From contig RBZT01000695.1 of NCBI GenBank assembly GCA_003693705.1, positions 1 through 33,251 on the forward strand: a stretch of 33,251 bases of DNA, given 5' to 3'. Below are positions 11,901-23,696 of the stretch, in pieces. A program made the translations under genes and the position numbers. Below the pieces are notes generated by a model. The model had not been told where the DNA came from and searched no databases. It saw only the letters and a list, made by a program, of their open reading frames with translations. Each line of letters opens with the position of its first letter. The stretch's first letter is position 1. The stretch comes from Polymyxa betae A26-41. Lineage: Eukaryota; Protista; Endomyxa: Phytomyxea.

Positions 11901-14256
11901 TTGCCAGTTCCTTGGTGCCGCTATCGGCCCGGTTATGGAGATTGTTGTCTCGCGTATTCGCTTTATCTCGAAACAGCTGGCTCGCCCCATTCGTGTTGTT
12001 TCGTTTGGTGCCTCGGTCGCTAACGCTGCTGATATTGCCCATTGGTGTGGCGTTTCTCCCAAATGTGTCTTCGCATTCGGGACATCTGTGCGTCCCGTCC
12101 CAATTCAGATAGCCATGCGTGGTATCGAATTCCATGGACAAGAAGATCGCCAGCAGGTTCTAATCGTTTTTGTTTTTGGAGTTTTGTTCGTCCGGATGCT
12201 TATCGTTTTCCTCAGGCTATGGTACGGCCTGCCTACACATCCTTCGTGCATTCGTTCGATGAGAAACTGGCAGCGGACCCGAACGCTAATCCACAAATTA
12301 TCCTGTTTGCCCCGAGCAGACAACGTGCGCGACGGTTTGTCACGCTTTGACTCTCTACATGCTGGCCCTGATCTCATTGTTGTAGAATTTCGGCCGTCAT
12401 TGTCGCCATGGCGTCCAGTGAATCGCCGGCCAGGACATTCCTGCGAGGTGTCGACCCGGATGAACTCGAACGTCAATACTTAGGAGATGTCGCCAATGTT
12501 GCTCTACGCTCGGCGCTAACCCGTGGTGTCGCTTTCCTTCATTCTGGGTAACTTTGGTTCGGTACGCCTTTACTGTCTGCTTAACAAAATGTTATTGTTA
12601 GATTAACGTCTGAAGAATCTGGCGTGGTCCGCAGCCTGTTCATGGCCGGTGCCATCGGCATCGTTGTTGTCGCTCATGATTTACTGTATGAGCTGGGCGG
12701 ACTCCGTGCTGATCATGTTACCGTAATTGGATCGCAATATTATGATGGTGTTGAGAAGAAATTGGCCCATTACTCAATTATGACCGTCGAGGGCATGGTC
12801 GGTGCATGTGGACGTCAAGTACGGGATTATCTTATCTGTATTTGTTTCTGTTATTTAACTCTGTTAGGGTCTGGATAATCGCGGATCCGTGGAGATTTAT
12901 TGCCATCGGTCACAGTCGCCGGCCTACTCGAAATTCCTGCTGGATTCATTCCCTGTTGAATCTCACCTTGATCAAGTGATCGGTGAACACTTAAATGCCG
13001 AAATTGTTAATGGTACGATTCGCAACGTGCAGGATGCCGTTGACTACTTGACCTGGACCTTCCTATATCGTCGTCTATCTTGTAATCCCAATTATTACAA
13101 TCTCAAAGGAACCTCACATCGTCATTTGTCTGATTACTTATCTGAGGCCATCGAGAATGCCATTGAAGACCTGGCACAATCCGAGATGATCTCTCTGGAT
13201 GAGGCTGACGTGTCACCTCTGAACTTAGGCATGATCGCCGCTCATTACTACCTCAAGTATATGACCATCGAGATGTTCGCACAGTCGTTATCAGGTGCTA
13301 CACGTCTCAAGGGAATACTGAACCTGGTCTCAGCCGCAACCGAATTCGATACGCTGCCAGTCCGGAAATTCGAGGAGAAGCAGCTTCAAGAATTGGCCAA
13401 ACATTTACGGTTGGCACCGCCACCGTCGCCGGGTTCGTCGACGCCGCTCTATTACGATTCCCACACGAAGGCGCATCTGCTACTGCAGGCGCATTTCTCG
13501 CGCTTGCCTTTATCGGGCAACGTCCATCAGGATCTACAGACATTCCTACCGGAATCCATCCGATTGATTCAGGCCATGGTCGATGTTATATCCAGTCAAG
13601 GATGGTTAATACCTGCCTTACAAGCTATGGACGTATCGCAGATGATCGTTCAGGGGGTCTGGGTCGATCAGCCCGGTGCTCAGCTCTTGCAGTTGCCGCA
13701 TTTCAACGCTGAAACTGTCCAAAGATGTGTCGAGGCTAATATCACCACGATCGACGCGCTTGTTGAGCTCGATGACGACACTCGTAATCAATTGGTTCAA
13801 CTTAGCGAAGAGAACATGGCCGATGTTGCCAATTTCTGTAACAAGTTGCCGAACCTGACGGTTGATGTCACATTGCCGAAAGGCGCTGTCCGAGCTGGAT
13901 CGCGTACTTCCCTCGAGATTAACATTGAACGTGAGCACGACGAAAATGAGGAGTTCGTATTTGAGCCCGTTCTTGCGTCATCCTACCCGCGTACGCGACT
14001 GGAAGGATGGTGGCTGGTTTTGGGTGATGCCAAGGAGAACAAACTGATTGCCATCAAGAAGGTCGTACTGGGCAAAGTTCTCAACAAGGTGAAATTCGAT
14101 TTTATTGCACCATCAGCCGGAACCCACAACCTGCTCCTGTATGCGGTCTGCGATTCATATGTCGGCGCTGATCAACAAATTGAGGTCACATTGGAGGTGG
14201 GTGAAGCAGAGAAAGTCGACAGTGGTTCCGATGATGAGATGCAGACTGATGAATGA
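5995..14256 (+). CDS. SNRNP200: U5 snRNP 200 kDa Ski2-like RNA helicase Brr2 (two helicase cassettes, each with a Sec63 domain); more than 20 introns
   Basis: N-terminus [23 protein letters not shown]...PTGEV and PWI-like VDAFWLQRQ. Cassette 1: [66 protein letters not shown]. Cassette 2: [48 protein letters not shown]. Confidence 0.98.
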
Positions 14257-14849
14257 ATATCGTCTTGTTCGGTCTGCAGATCTTCTGCTCACATCACCAA
14301 AGCATTATCCGCTAAACCCATTCTATATTTCCCTATAAAATTTTAAACTTTTTTTATCTACCGATACCATACCAGATCTTATGCTGGCATAATACTCTTT
14401 AAGAAATGACCATCGGAAATTACTGCGAATCTGAAACCTAATGTGATGGTAAGCGTTTGGTTTTAGCGGTTTCTGGACATTCGAGAATGCGCCGTGGGCA
14501 ACAAGCAAACTTTTGTTTCCCGATCGATGCAGTCAGAACTTATCACAGTGCAAAATATTCCTAATAAAACGATAACATCTGGTTGGATTGTCATTCTGTC
14601 AATTGGGTAATTAGACCATAGAATTGGCCCGTTTAAAAAACAGGTTTGAATTCGAAAAAAAAAATCTACTGGAAGCATATGTTATGGTCGCCAAAGTCAT
14701 GCTTACGACAAGTGAAATTTCGTTGAATTAGTTGTTTACTCAAAAAGAGAGAATGAATATATTGATGTATTTTGAGCTCTTGTCCAGGCTAATAACCTAC
14801 ATGCGCTCTATGAAATCAGTCAGAATGATCGTGTGACGAATATCGGTGG

Positions 14850-16132
14850 ATGGCGGCTCGAAATTCTTCAAGTCGGCCATCATCGACCAAGGTTGGGGGT
14901 GTTCAAGGGCGTCTCGAGCCTGTCATCTCTGCCCTCTGCTATGGTTGATCATTAGAGTGTAGGCGCTGCTGCTTTTCTGATGGTGTGTGGTAGCTGGAGT
15001 CTCTGTGGCCATTATTTTATTCAACAAAGCTGTTATCTCTTCATATGCCTTCAAGTATACAGATGTTATGGTCTGCTGCCATATGGTGACATCTGTCATT
15101 CTCATACAAATCCTTAAATATCATCAGGTTAGACTAACCTGTACGTCTCATTAAATGATTCTTTCAATGGTCTTATAGCTCATCGATCTGCCGGATTTTG
15201 ACTACGAGACGGCCCGAAAGTCGATGGGGTTGGCGATCGCTTCGGTCCTTAATATTGTGATCGGTTTGGAGGCACTTAATCGAGTTAATCTCGCAATGTT
15301 CACAACATTAAGGAGGCTGACAGCCCTAGGTCGGCTGTTTAGGGGGTTTTTAAGTTTTCATTTTCAACTTCATCTTGTATTTATTATTTATGAAAGAAAT
15401 CTCTTCCATTCTGATTTCCGTTTTTTGACATTAATTTGCAGCGATCGTAGCATTGGAGTATAAAGTGCTACATGTGATTCCTGATAAGGATCCCATGATT
15501 GGTGTTGCATTAATGCTATTTGGGTCAATTATAGCTGGTCTGGGTGATCTTAGCTTCGATATGATCTCGTATATGTTTGTTGTATTTAATAATCTGGCGT
15601 CGGCTGCCTATCTGGTTTTAATGAAAACATCGGGGAACTCGAGTTTAGGCCATTGGAGCGTATTTTACTACAATTGCCTGTGCTCGATTCCATTCCTTAT
15701 TGTTGTCTGTCTAATTCGTGGCTCCTTTACAAAAGCAATGCAATTCCCGCTACTAATGCACCCGCCTTTTATCGCTGCATTCTCCATGTCAGCGTTGCTA
15801 TCATTCTTCTTAAACTATTCCACGTTCTGGTGTACCAGAACAAATTCAGCTTTAACAACCAGTATTACAGGTGCTTTGGTTAAGTAAGAGGATTTGTATG
15901 TATTGATATTTGGTGATTAGGACAAACAAAAAATTTATTAACAACAGTGGTCGGAGTAGTGCTATTCGATGGAATTTCAAAATCCAGAATGAATCTGACA
16001 GGATTAGCGATCAGTATGCTGGGCAGTGTTATTTATGCCTGGACCAAATTTCAACAGAATCGTAGTCCGAAATCAGCTGCTAAAGTTGATGAAGACAAGA
16101 TGTTGATTCCATTAAGAGTTCGATCAATATAA
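14850..16132 (+). CDS. Nucleotide-sugar transporter, SLC35D-like (TPT/DMT superfamily)
   Basis: Spliced hydrophobic protein from ATG 14850: SALCYAGVSVAIILFNKAVISSYAF, NLAMFTTLRRLT, GSIIAGLGDLSFD, FYYNCL, LNYSTFWCTRTNSALTTSITG, GSVIYA. Confidence 0.88.
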
Positions 16133-16342
16133 TATATGTAAGATTGCTGTTTCGATGTGCATCCCAACCATTGAAGTCGAGAGAAGCGTGTTTTGTCATG
16201 TAGTTAGGGTTGTTGCTTCATTCAAAGAACAATCCACAAGATGTGAGGGCGCAGCCTATTTCAGGCCGCTCCTCTCCGATCCGATCCCTGTCCCTCATCT
16301 TGATCGTTGCACGATTTTCTAATCGGTTTTATCCTATTGAAT

Positions 16343-17204
16343 ATGTCAGAGTCGGCATCAGATTCATTAGCCGCCTTGAAAAAGCTCAAGGTCGCTGAGC
16401 TGCGCGAACAGCTTAGTGCCATCGGTCTTCCAACTAATGGTCTAAAATCTGACCTGGTCGATCGTCTTTTCAAAGCGCTACACCCGGAACAGACTGTCGT
16501 CGATAGCCAGAACGAGGCTGTCAAGAATGTAACCGAATTGGCGACTCCTCGAGCTCCAACTTCGCCTGTTAAAAATCACCCAGCTCCGAAATCGCCTTCG
16601 AAGACGAATTCAAATCCTGTCAATGAGGGTGGGAGGCATTTTTGTTATCTTTATTATACATTCAATGTTTTTATTATCTTATAGAGAAGGAGAAAGCGGA
16701 GACTGCATTATCAGCGAACGAATTGCAGGATTTGAAACGAAAGAGGGCAGAAAGGTTCGGTGTGGCAATCCCTGAGTCCAGCTCAACCAATGAGAAACCC
16801 GAGCAAAAGCACAACTCAAAATTAGATGGTCCTTTGGGAAGTAAGAAACGAGGTCGTCAAGAGATTGCTGCACCAAAGTTAAACTTAAGGTCAGGTATCC
16901 GATCTGTTCTTTCCGAAATTGCTAAGTACGATATTAGCGATCCTGACGTTCAGAAGCGATTAAATAGATTTGGGGTGCAAACGCACGACCCTAATTCGAT
17001 AGTTGCCAAATCTGTTGCGGTTGAAGAAGCCAAAAGGGTGAGCAGCTTCAAAACTTTGACTTTTATGAATTTTGATTGATATCGTGCTAGAAGAAGGAAG
17101 AGCGCCTGAAGAAATTTGGGAGTATTGTTCGTGACGAGACTCCTGATGTGGCAGAATTTCATGCTGCTATTGCTGCTAGGAAGGCTCGATTCGACATGGC
17201 TTGA
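16343..17204 (+). CDS. SARNP: SAP-domain ribonucleoprotein of the Tho1/SARNP(CIP29)/MOS11 family
   Basis: N-terminal SAP domain LKKLKVAELREQLSAIGLPTNGLKSDLVDRL followed by repeated RxxRF-type motifs (KRAERFG, KRLNRFG, ERLKKFG, ARKARFD). Three exons; TGA at 17202-17204. Confidence 0.8.
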
Positions 17205-17425
17205 AATCTAACATCGATCTGTTCATCAGCGATATTTTTATCATCGTTGATGCTTATCACTTAATTCATATAAAATATTTTATTTTTAATAAGTTGTCGC
17301 TTTAAAATTTGGAAAATGACAGTAAATTGCTTTGATGATTTTGATCAATTAGCCAGCGCCCTTTCAGTAAAATCGGAGTTCTGGTCTCGGAGTTGAACTT
17401 GTTGAGTACTGATCTGATCGTCATA

Positions 17426-18538
17426 ATGGAGTCGAATAAGAGATGTCAGGATATAGGAGATCTGCCACCATCTAAGAGATTCCATCGTATTAGTGCCAAA
17501 CCTGTATTATTAGCTGGTGCTGCTAGTGATACTGGCAAGAAGAAGATCTATGAAGATCGCTGGTTAATAACTGATCAACTATTTGCTGTATTTGATGGTC
17601 ATGGTGGTCATCAAGTATCTGATTATCTCGTTAATCATTTCCAGTCTGTATTTAATGCTGAACGAAGTAAAGGCGTGACAATGAAAGCGATCCTGAACTC
17701 GACATTTAAAACGCTTGATGTGGATGTATTGAACATTTCTGATATTGGACAATATTTTACATTTTGCTGTGTTCGGATGAATAATATTGTGTGCTGGGTG
17801 TGACGATAGATTCTCGATAAGATCGATGATGAAAGTGGAAGTTGTGCTGTGATTTGTGCTGTTCATGATGAGACATTCTGGCTTGCTAATCTTGGTGATT
17901 GTCGAGTATTTGATTATTTTATTCTTATTAGACTAATTGCTCATCTGTGTTTGTAGGCGATATTGGCCAGGAAACCCTCGTCCGATGCCGATTCCTTCCG
18001 TGCGATCGTAATTGACTTCATCGAGCGAATACATTACAGTTGATGTGTGATTATGTTTGTATAGCCATTAAGCAAAGAGCATATGCCAATATATGCTGCT
18101 GAATCACAACGAATTAAACAGGCTGGTGGGTATGTTCAAGATGGACGTGTTAATGGACGATTGGAAGTCTCACGAGCATTTGGTGATAAATCATTAAAAC
18201 GATCTGGAGTCATATCAACGCCTTGTTGGACATGTTGTACTGATCCATTTAATTATTGCTAATATTTGTATTTAGATGTCTGTCATTTCAAATTCAAACC
18301 TAAAACCGATTCATTCATCGTAATGGCATGTGATGGATTATGGAAAGTTATGGAATCGCAAGCTGTTGTTGATTTTATTGTGGATAAACTCGAGAATGCG
18401 GATATCACTAATACTACTAATAGTAATGGTGATAATCTTGCACGATATATTGCTAGACAATTACTAACACATGTTGTTGTTGACAAATATGCTAAAGATA
18501 ATGTCACGATTATCATTGTTTTATTCAATTCCAAATAA
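17426..18538 (+). CDS. Protein phosphatase 2C (PPM family)
   Basis: Motifs YEDR, FAVFDGHGG, SGSCA, ANLGDCR, LSKEH, GRVNGRLEVSRAFGD, FIVMACDGLW and KDNVTIIIV across short-intron exons. Confidence 0.95.
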
Positions 18539-18658
18539 AGCCAAACAACAGGATATTTCATCAATCCAGCTTGTGTTTGGGTTGAGGAAGTGCGCCGTCG
18601 GACTCCGAAATCTTGATCTGGAGTCCGTGATCGCCTTTATCAATCAATTTCTGAAAGA

Positions 18659-20276
18659 ATGTCGTGTGATCCAGGATCTCAACTGAAACATGTAGTATTA
18701 GATTCAGCTGTATTTCTATCTGGAACTACAATCTCACTACTTCAAAAGTTCTTCTCAATTGGTGCTGAATTAGTCACTATTCATGAAGTTCTGAATGAAA
18801 TTCGTGATGGAGCTGCTCGTGCTCGTCTTGAATCTTTACCATTTCGTATAGAGACACGTGAACCATCAGCAGATGCTATGGCAGCTGTCGCTAGATTCTC
18901 AAGAGAGACTGGTGATCTATCTGTATTATCTATAACAGATTTAAAAGTATTAGCATTAACATATGAATTGGAATTACAACACCATGGTACTGAACGTATT
19001 CGGCAACATCCCAAATCATCACGTTCTATTCTGCCTAACGGACGTCCTCAAAGATCTGTAAAATTAAACAATAATAACAGCAAGACATCCATTGATAATG
19101 TTATTGAGCAGCTTGATCAGGTTGATCTTAGTATGTACTGCCATCATATTATTTCTGCATTTATTCAGATTTGTTCACAGAAGATGAGGATCAACATTCG
19201 AAACTAGATTCTCCGTCAACATTGGAAGATAATTCTGCAGGACAAAAACAAGATGTTGAGACCGATCCCGAGCTAAAAGAGAGTTCGCGAATTTCTGAAG
19301 ATGTCATCAACGGGGTAGAAGAAGCTTTACAGAATTCGGAGAGCGTCGCTCGCGAATTTGAACAAGATTCTGCTAGTTTGGAAGGCGTTGTCTGTGATGA
19401 TGAAGTCTCAGAAGGATCAGAAGATGATGGCGATACGGAACAGATCTCTGTTGATAATGATCATGAGGTGGATAATGTAGCTGCTAATGATAGTGATGAT
19501 GGTGAATGGTGAGATATACATTGAATATCCATAGAGTTCTTATATTATTGTAATATGTAGGATTACTGTACAGAATCTGCATAATCGTCATCGATCTGGT
19601 CCTGGACGTCCCAGGACACATCAGAAACCATCAATACCTTTATCATCATCATCAACAGTGACATGTATTACAACAGATTTTGCTATGCAGAATGTATTGG
19701 TCCAAATGGGACTTCGATTAACTGCATTAGATGGACGTTCTATAACATCATTAGCACAATGGGTATTACGATGTTGTGCTTGTATGAAGATTACATTAGA
19801 GTATGTTTGATATATTGGTATAGACGGGTATCAGATCATTGATTGTTTATTATAGATTAGAGAGGATATTCTGTCCATCATGTGCTGGACAAACATTAAC
19901 TAGAAGTAGAGTCAAAGTAACATCTGGTGGATGGATTAAATATAAACATACACGTCCTAAACCTGCTAATCTACGTGGTACTATATATTCTATACCTAAA
20001 CCTAAAGGTGGACGTAACAATACTGATCTTATTCTCAGGTTTGTCATATCTATCTGTCATATCAATACAATACTAATTCTGCATTATAGAGAAGATCAGT
20101 TACTGAAGATGATGCCCAAGACGAAGAAGAAATCTAGCGAAGATCTGTTCGAAGACGCTAGTGAGTTTGCATGGCGTAAGACAGGCGCTAGTCTTCGTCA
20201 ACAAGTTGGACATCCACGTGGTAAATGTGTTAATGAACCTATTAAGAAAACTGCTAAAAGGAAACATCGACGTTAA
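18659..20276 (+). CDS. NOB1: 20S/18S-E pre-rRNA endonuclease Nob1 (PIN domain plus zinc ribbon)
   Basis: HVVLDS, TIHEVLNEIRD, TGDLSVLSITDLKVLALTYELE, acidic linker, DDGEWIT, CITTDFAMQNVLVQMGL, LRCCAC...FCPSC, NLRGTIYSIPKPKGG, LILREDQ. Confidence 0.96.
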
Positions 20277-20578
20277 TCAATGTTATGCTTACATTTATCA
20301 ATATAATACATTGATAAACAGATGCTGGAACCTTTCTCTACACTTCTACAGTACGACCGAAACTATCAAGCCTGTTCTAGAGGGCATACTGCACCTTGGA
20401 GATCATTTATAAAGCGCATCCTCATAGATGGAGCAAGTAATCGTGGGCCCTGAACTTGAGTCAGTAACAGTTGCAGTTGTGATGATACGATACCGGTTGT
20501 TGGACTCTGATCCCACGTTACTGGTTATGTAACAAGGTGAGTGTGTCATATAGACTGTACTGTCCTGTATGATCTGTT

Positions 20579-20608
20579 CCTCTCTCTCTATATATATATA
20601 AGAGAGGG
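20579..20608. repeat. Compound (CT)n(AT)n(AG)n microsatellite able to form a hairpin; TATA-like, about 50 bp upstream of the phosphatase ATG
   Basis: CCTCTCTCTCTATATATATATAAGAGAGGG: CCTCTCT pairs with AGAGAGG around a TA run. Confidence 0.7.
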
Positions 20609-20648
20609 TTGTGTTCCATTATGAACATCATTATCATAACCTCCGATC

Positions 20649-22435
20649 ATGATTATCGTCAGCATCAGTATTGTAATATGTCTAATACTGATCTCTGTCC
20701 AATCTAAGTCACATCACCATTCTGATATCCTACAAGCTCAATTCTCCTTTGATCTACAGGATTCCATTACTATCTCTACTGATAAGACACATCTATATCA
20801 TAGTAGTGAATGGGTGGCTGTATCATGGTCAGGTATCCCTCAACCTAAACCTAATGATTGGATTGGACTCTATTCTCCTGCCAATGTTGATGTTCGACAG
20901 ACAGCACCAATCAAGCTTAAATTTGCCAGTAGCAGTGACGACCATTTGAAGAGTGGATCTGGGACATTACTCTTCTCTGTTTTAAATATGAGATCGGATC
21001 TGAAATTTGTCCTGTTTCGTGGAGGTGTTTCAGCTCCTGTCAAGGTTGCTGAATCTAAAGTAATCTCATTCGATAATGTTAATGAACCGGTCTCTGCTCA
21101 TTTGTCGATTACGGACGAGACGCCAAGACAGCTGAGACTTTCATGGACCAGTTTGAATACTGAGAGCCCATCAGTTCAGTATTGGATTGATGATACCAAG
21201 TATGAATCTCGTGCTCAGAGTGTGAGCTATACACGAGAAGAGATGTGTGGACCACCTGCATCTGGATATGGATGGAGAGATCCTGGTACTATTCATCATG
21301 CTCTTCTAACAGGATTGAAACCTTCATCATCGTTTCAATATCGATATGGATCTGACCATACTGGATGGAGTCATGTTATGACTGGGCATGTACCACCTAA
21401 TGCAGGTGATGATTATGTCACATTCTATACATTTGGAGATCTTGGAACAGCATCACCTGATGGAGCTCTACAACCATTCTGGACACAACCTGCCAGTCGA
21501 AAATCTACTGATTTTATCTCCAGAAATGTCGAGGCTGCCGATTTCGTTCTGCATATTGGTGATATCTCATATGCAGTTGGGTTTCAAGCATCTTGGGATT
21601 CGTTCTTTAATCAGATCGCCCCAATCTCACAGACCTTACCCTATCAGGTTGCTATTGGCAACCATGAACGTGATTATGAACATTCCCATGGTTTATTTGA
21701 AAGTGATGATAGTGGTGGTGAATGCGGTGTTCCATATCAGCGACAATTCCCGATTCCATCTGGATCATTTAATCAGACATGGTATTCTATGGAGAGTGGC
21801 CCTGTACATATTCTGGTTATGTCAACAGAGCATGACTTCCATCAAGGCTCGGATCAGTACACATTTATTGAAAACGACTTGAAGAATGTGAACCGAGAGA
21901 AGACTCCATGGGTTATCGTTGCTGGTCATCGTCCAATGTATGTTGATACGTCCGTCGATTTATACGGTGATGCTTCTGAGAAGTTCGTGTCTGAAATGTT
22001 GAGAAATGAGTTGGAGGATTTATTGGTCAAGTACAAGGTCGAGCTGGCTTTTTGGGGTCACGACCATTCTTATCAGCGCTCATGTCCTGTCTATAATGAG
22101 AACTGCATTAAGGGTAAACAGTTTGATGGTGGCAATACGTTTATTAATTAACACATTTAGTGGCTGCAAGTACGGATGGATATCTTGGTCCTATTCATCT
22201 TGTTGTTGGATCTGCTGGTATGGATTTATCACCAGATGGGGCCAAAGTACCGCCAGGCTGGCTTCATACTCGAGTCGATGATTTCGGCATTGGCTTGGTT
22301 AAGGCCAGCAAAACTCGTCTTCTATTCCAGTTTATTTCGGATAAAAGCGAGCAGGTCCTTGACGAGATTCTGTTGCAAAAGCGCCCGAATGTAAGTTCAG
22401 ATCGGGTTGGTGGCGTGGATATTGCCATAGCATAA
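20649..22435 (+). CDS. Secreted purple acid phosphatase (nucleotide pyrophosphatase/phosphodiesterase-like, with Fn3-type N-terminal domains)
   Basis: Hydrophobic signal peptide MIIVSISIVICLILISVQS. All five metal-ligand blocks present: GDLG, GDISY, GNHE, VAGH, GHDH. Also GWRDPG, DSGGECGVP and VNREKTPW. One intron at about 22114-22160. Confidence 0.95.
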
Positions 22436-22553
22436 TTGTCTGTCCTGATCAAAACGTAACCATAATTCCTTGTCTGAATACTCAATACTGTATAACCAAA
22501 ATAAAACATTCAAGAACCACACAATGCATGCCTCATGCCTGTAATGGTGCTCA

Positions 22554-22563
22554 AAATCCAAAA
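22554..22563 (-). terminator. Probable RNA polymerase III oligo-dT terminator of the tRNA gene
   Basis: TTTTGGATTTT on the minus strand a few bases after the tRNA 3' end. Confidence 0.55.
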
Positions 22564-22569
22564 GTGAAT

Positions 22570-22641
22570 GGGCTCAGCCGGTAATCGAAACCGGGACCTC
22601 TCCGACCCGAACGGAGAATCATGCCACTAGACCACTAAGCC
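22570..22641 (-). tRNA. tRNA-Pro, anticodon CGG (72 nt, no intron, no encoded CCA)
   Basis: Reverse complement folds as a cloverleaf: GGCTTAG TG GTCTAGTGGCATGAT T CTCCG TTCGGGT CGGAG AGGTC CCGGT TTCGATT ACCGG CTGAGCC C. Confidence 0.96.
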
Positions 22642-22693
22642 ATATTAATTACCAATGGATCCCTCTGCATACAAATGAACTCAACATTCATGT

Positions 22694-23320
22694 TTATTTC
22701 GGTGCAGCAGTTCGTTGATGTGCTTTACGCCCAGCTCCTCGTTGTAGGGTTTTAGGTCGGTTCACAATGCTAGTGCAGATTGGAATATGTCGCTCAGCTG
22801 CCTTAGCATTAAATCGTCTATCACAATGTGGGCATGGTACCAGATAGCAATCATTGGATCCATTGCTGGTCGTGGCCATTGAAACTCCTGGCTGTTTGCC
22901 TCGAGCCGATAATAGGGCGCCTCGGAGCTCTTCCGACTTTGCCTTCCACGTTGAGCGCGGTTTCACTTCAAGTGCTGTCGGTTTTGTCTTCTGGGCCAAT
23001 TTCACGAAGGGAGCGAAGGCGGTCCCTCGTGTTCGGTGTTCGGCCGGATCGAACACTTTCCTTTTCTTGGGAGTTTTACAAACTTTTAAATGATGATGAA
23101 CTCGTTCCTGGGCGAAATTCCTGCCACAGATTTGGCAAGGGACCAGTACGATCTCTTCCACTTCTTCACCAGTTGGCATTGGGGCTGATTTGGGGATCCG
23201 GCTTTGTGGTACTGCCCCCCGTTTGGTTTCCTTCATCTTGTTCTTGAGCAGCGATAGCTGTACTTGACGAATAGCATGGGGTGCTTGCCCTGGTTGAATA
23301 CGTGAAGATTTGAGGTTCAT
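22694..23320 (-). CDS. C2HC zinc-finger protein, ZC2HC1/FAM164-like
   Basis: Uninterrupted 208-aa ORF with two fingers, [23 protein letters not shown] and [23 protein letters not shown], plus KRKVFD and WKAKSEELR linker motifs. Confidence 0.88.
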   Translation of the reverse strand: MNLKSSRIQPGQAPHAIRQVQLSLLKNKMKETKRGAVPQSRIPKSAPMPTGEEVEEIVLVPCQICGRNFAQERVHHHLKVCKTPKKRKVFDPAEHRTRGTAFAPFVKLAQKTKPTALEVKPRSTWKAKSEELRGALLSARGKQPGVSMATTSNGSNDCYLVPCPHCDRRFNAKAAERHIPICTSIVNRPKTLQRGAGRKAHQRTAAPK

Positions 23321-23696
23321 GATTTAATATGAGACTTTTGAAGAATTTGAGCCCAGCTTCTTGGGAGGTACCCTTTATCTGATCTTGTACTGATCGCCAT
23401 TACCGCTCACAATTAATTCAATGACCCTTAGCAGAATGCGATCATCATCACGTAACCATATCAAAACTCTTCCACATTTTGAAAGAATAAAATATCTGAT
23501 TGCATTTCCAGCTTTACAATTTTAAACAACGAAAACTTGATTTACGATGAACGATTCGTTACCGCTGCAAAGTTTTGAAAACGTCAGATTGAAAGCTATG
23601 AAACAGATGTGAAGTGTGTCTGTGTGATACTCTTATTTGAATTAGCGCAATATTAACACATTGTCCTTTGCTGTCATTAGCTGAAGTCGGAACCCT
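23321..23696. promoter_or_regulatory. Probable bidirectional promoter region between the ZC2HC1-like gene and TPR
   Basis: AT-rich 376 bp between divergent start codons. Confidence 0.4.

Noticed and set aside
5830-13938. Numerous antisense and alternative-frame ORFs overlapping BRR2 (and likewise other genes)
   Set aside because: Shadow ORFs of real exons with no recognisable motifs.
20353-20415. Loose similarity to the U3 snoRNA 5' end (ACGACC...CTGTTCTA; GATCATTT)
   Set aside because: Box A', box B and the terminal stem are not in the U3 arrangement, and the matches are too short.
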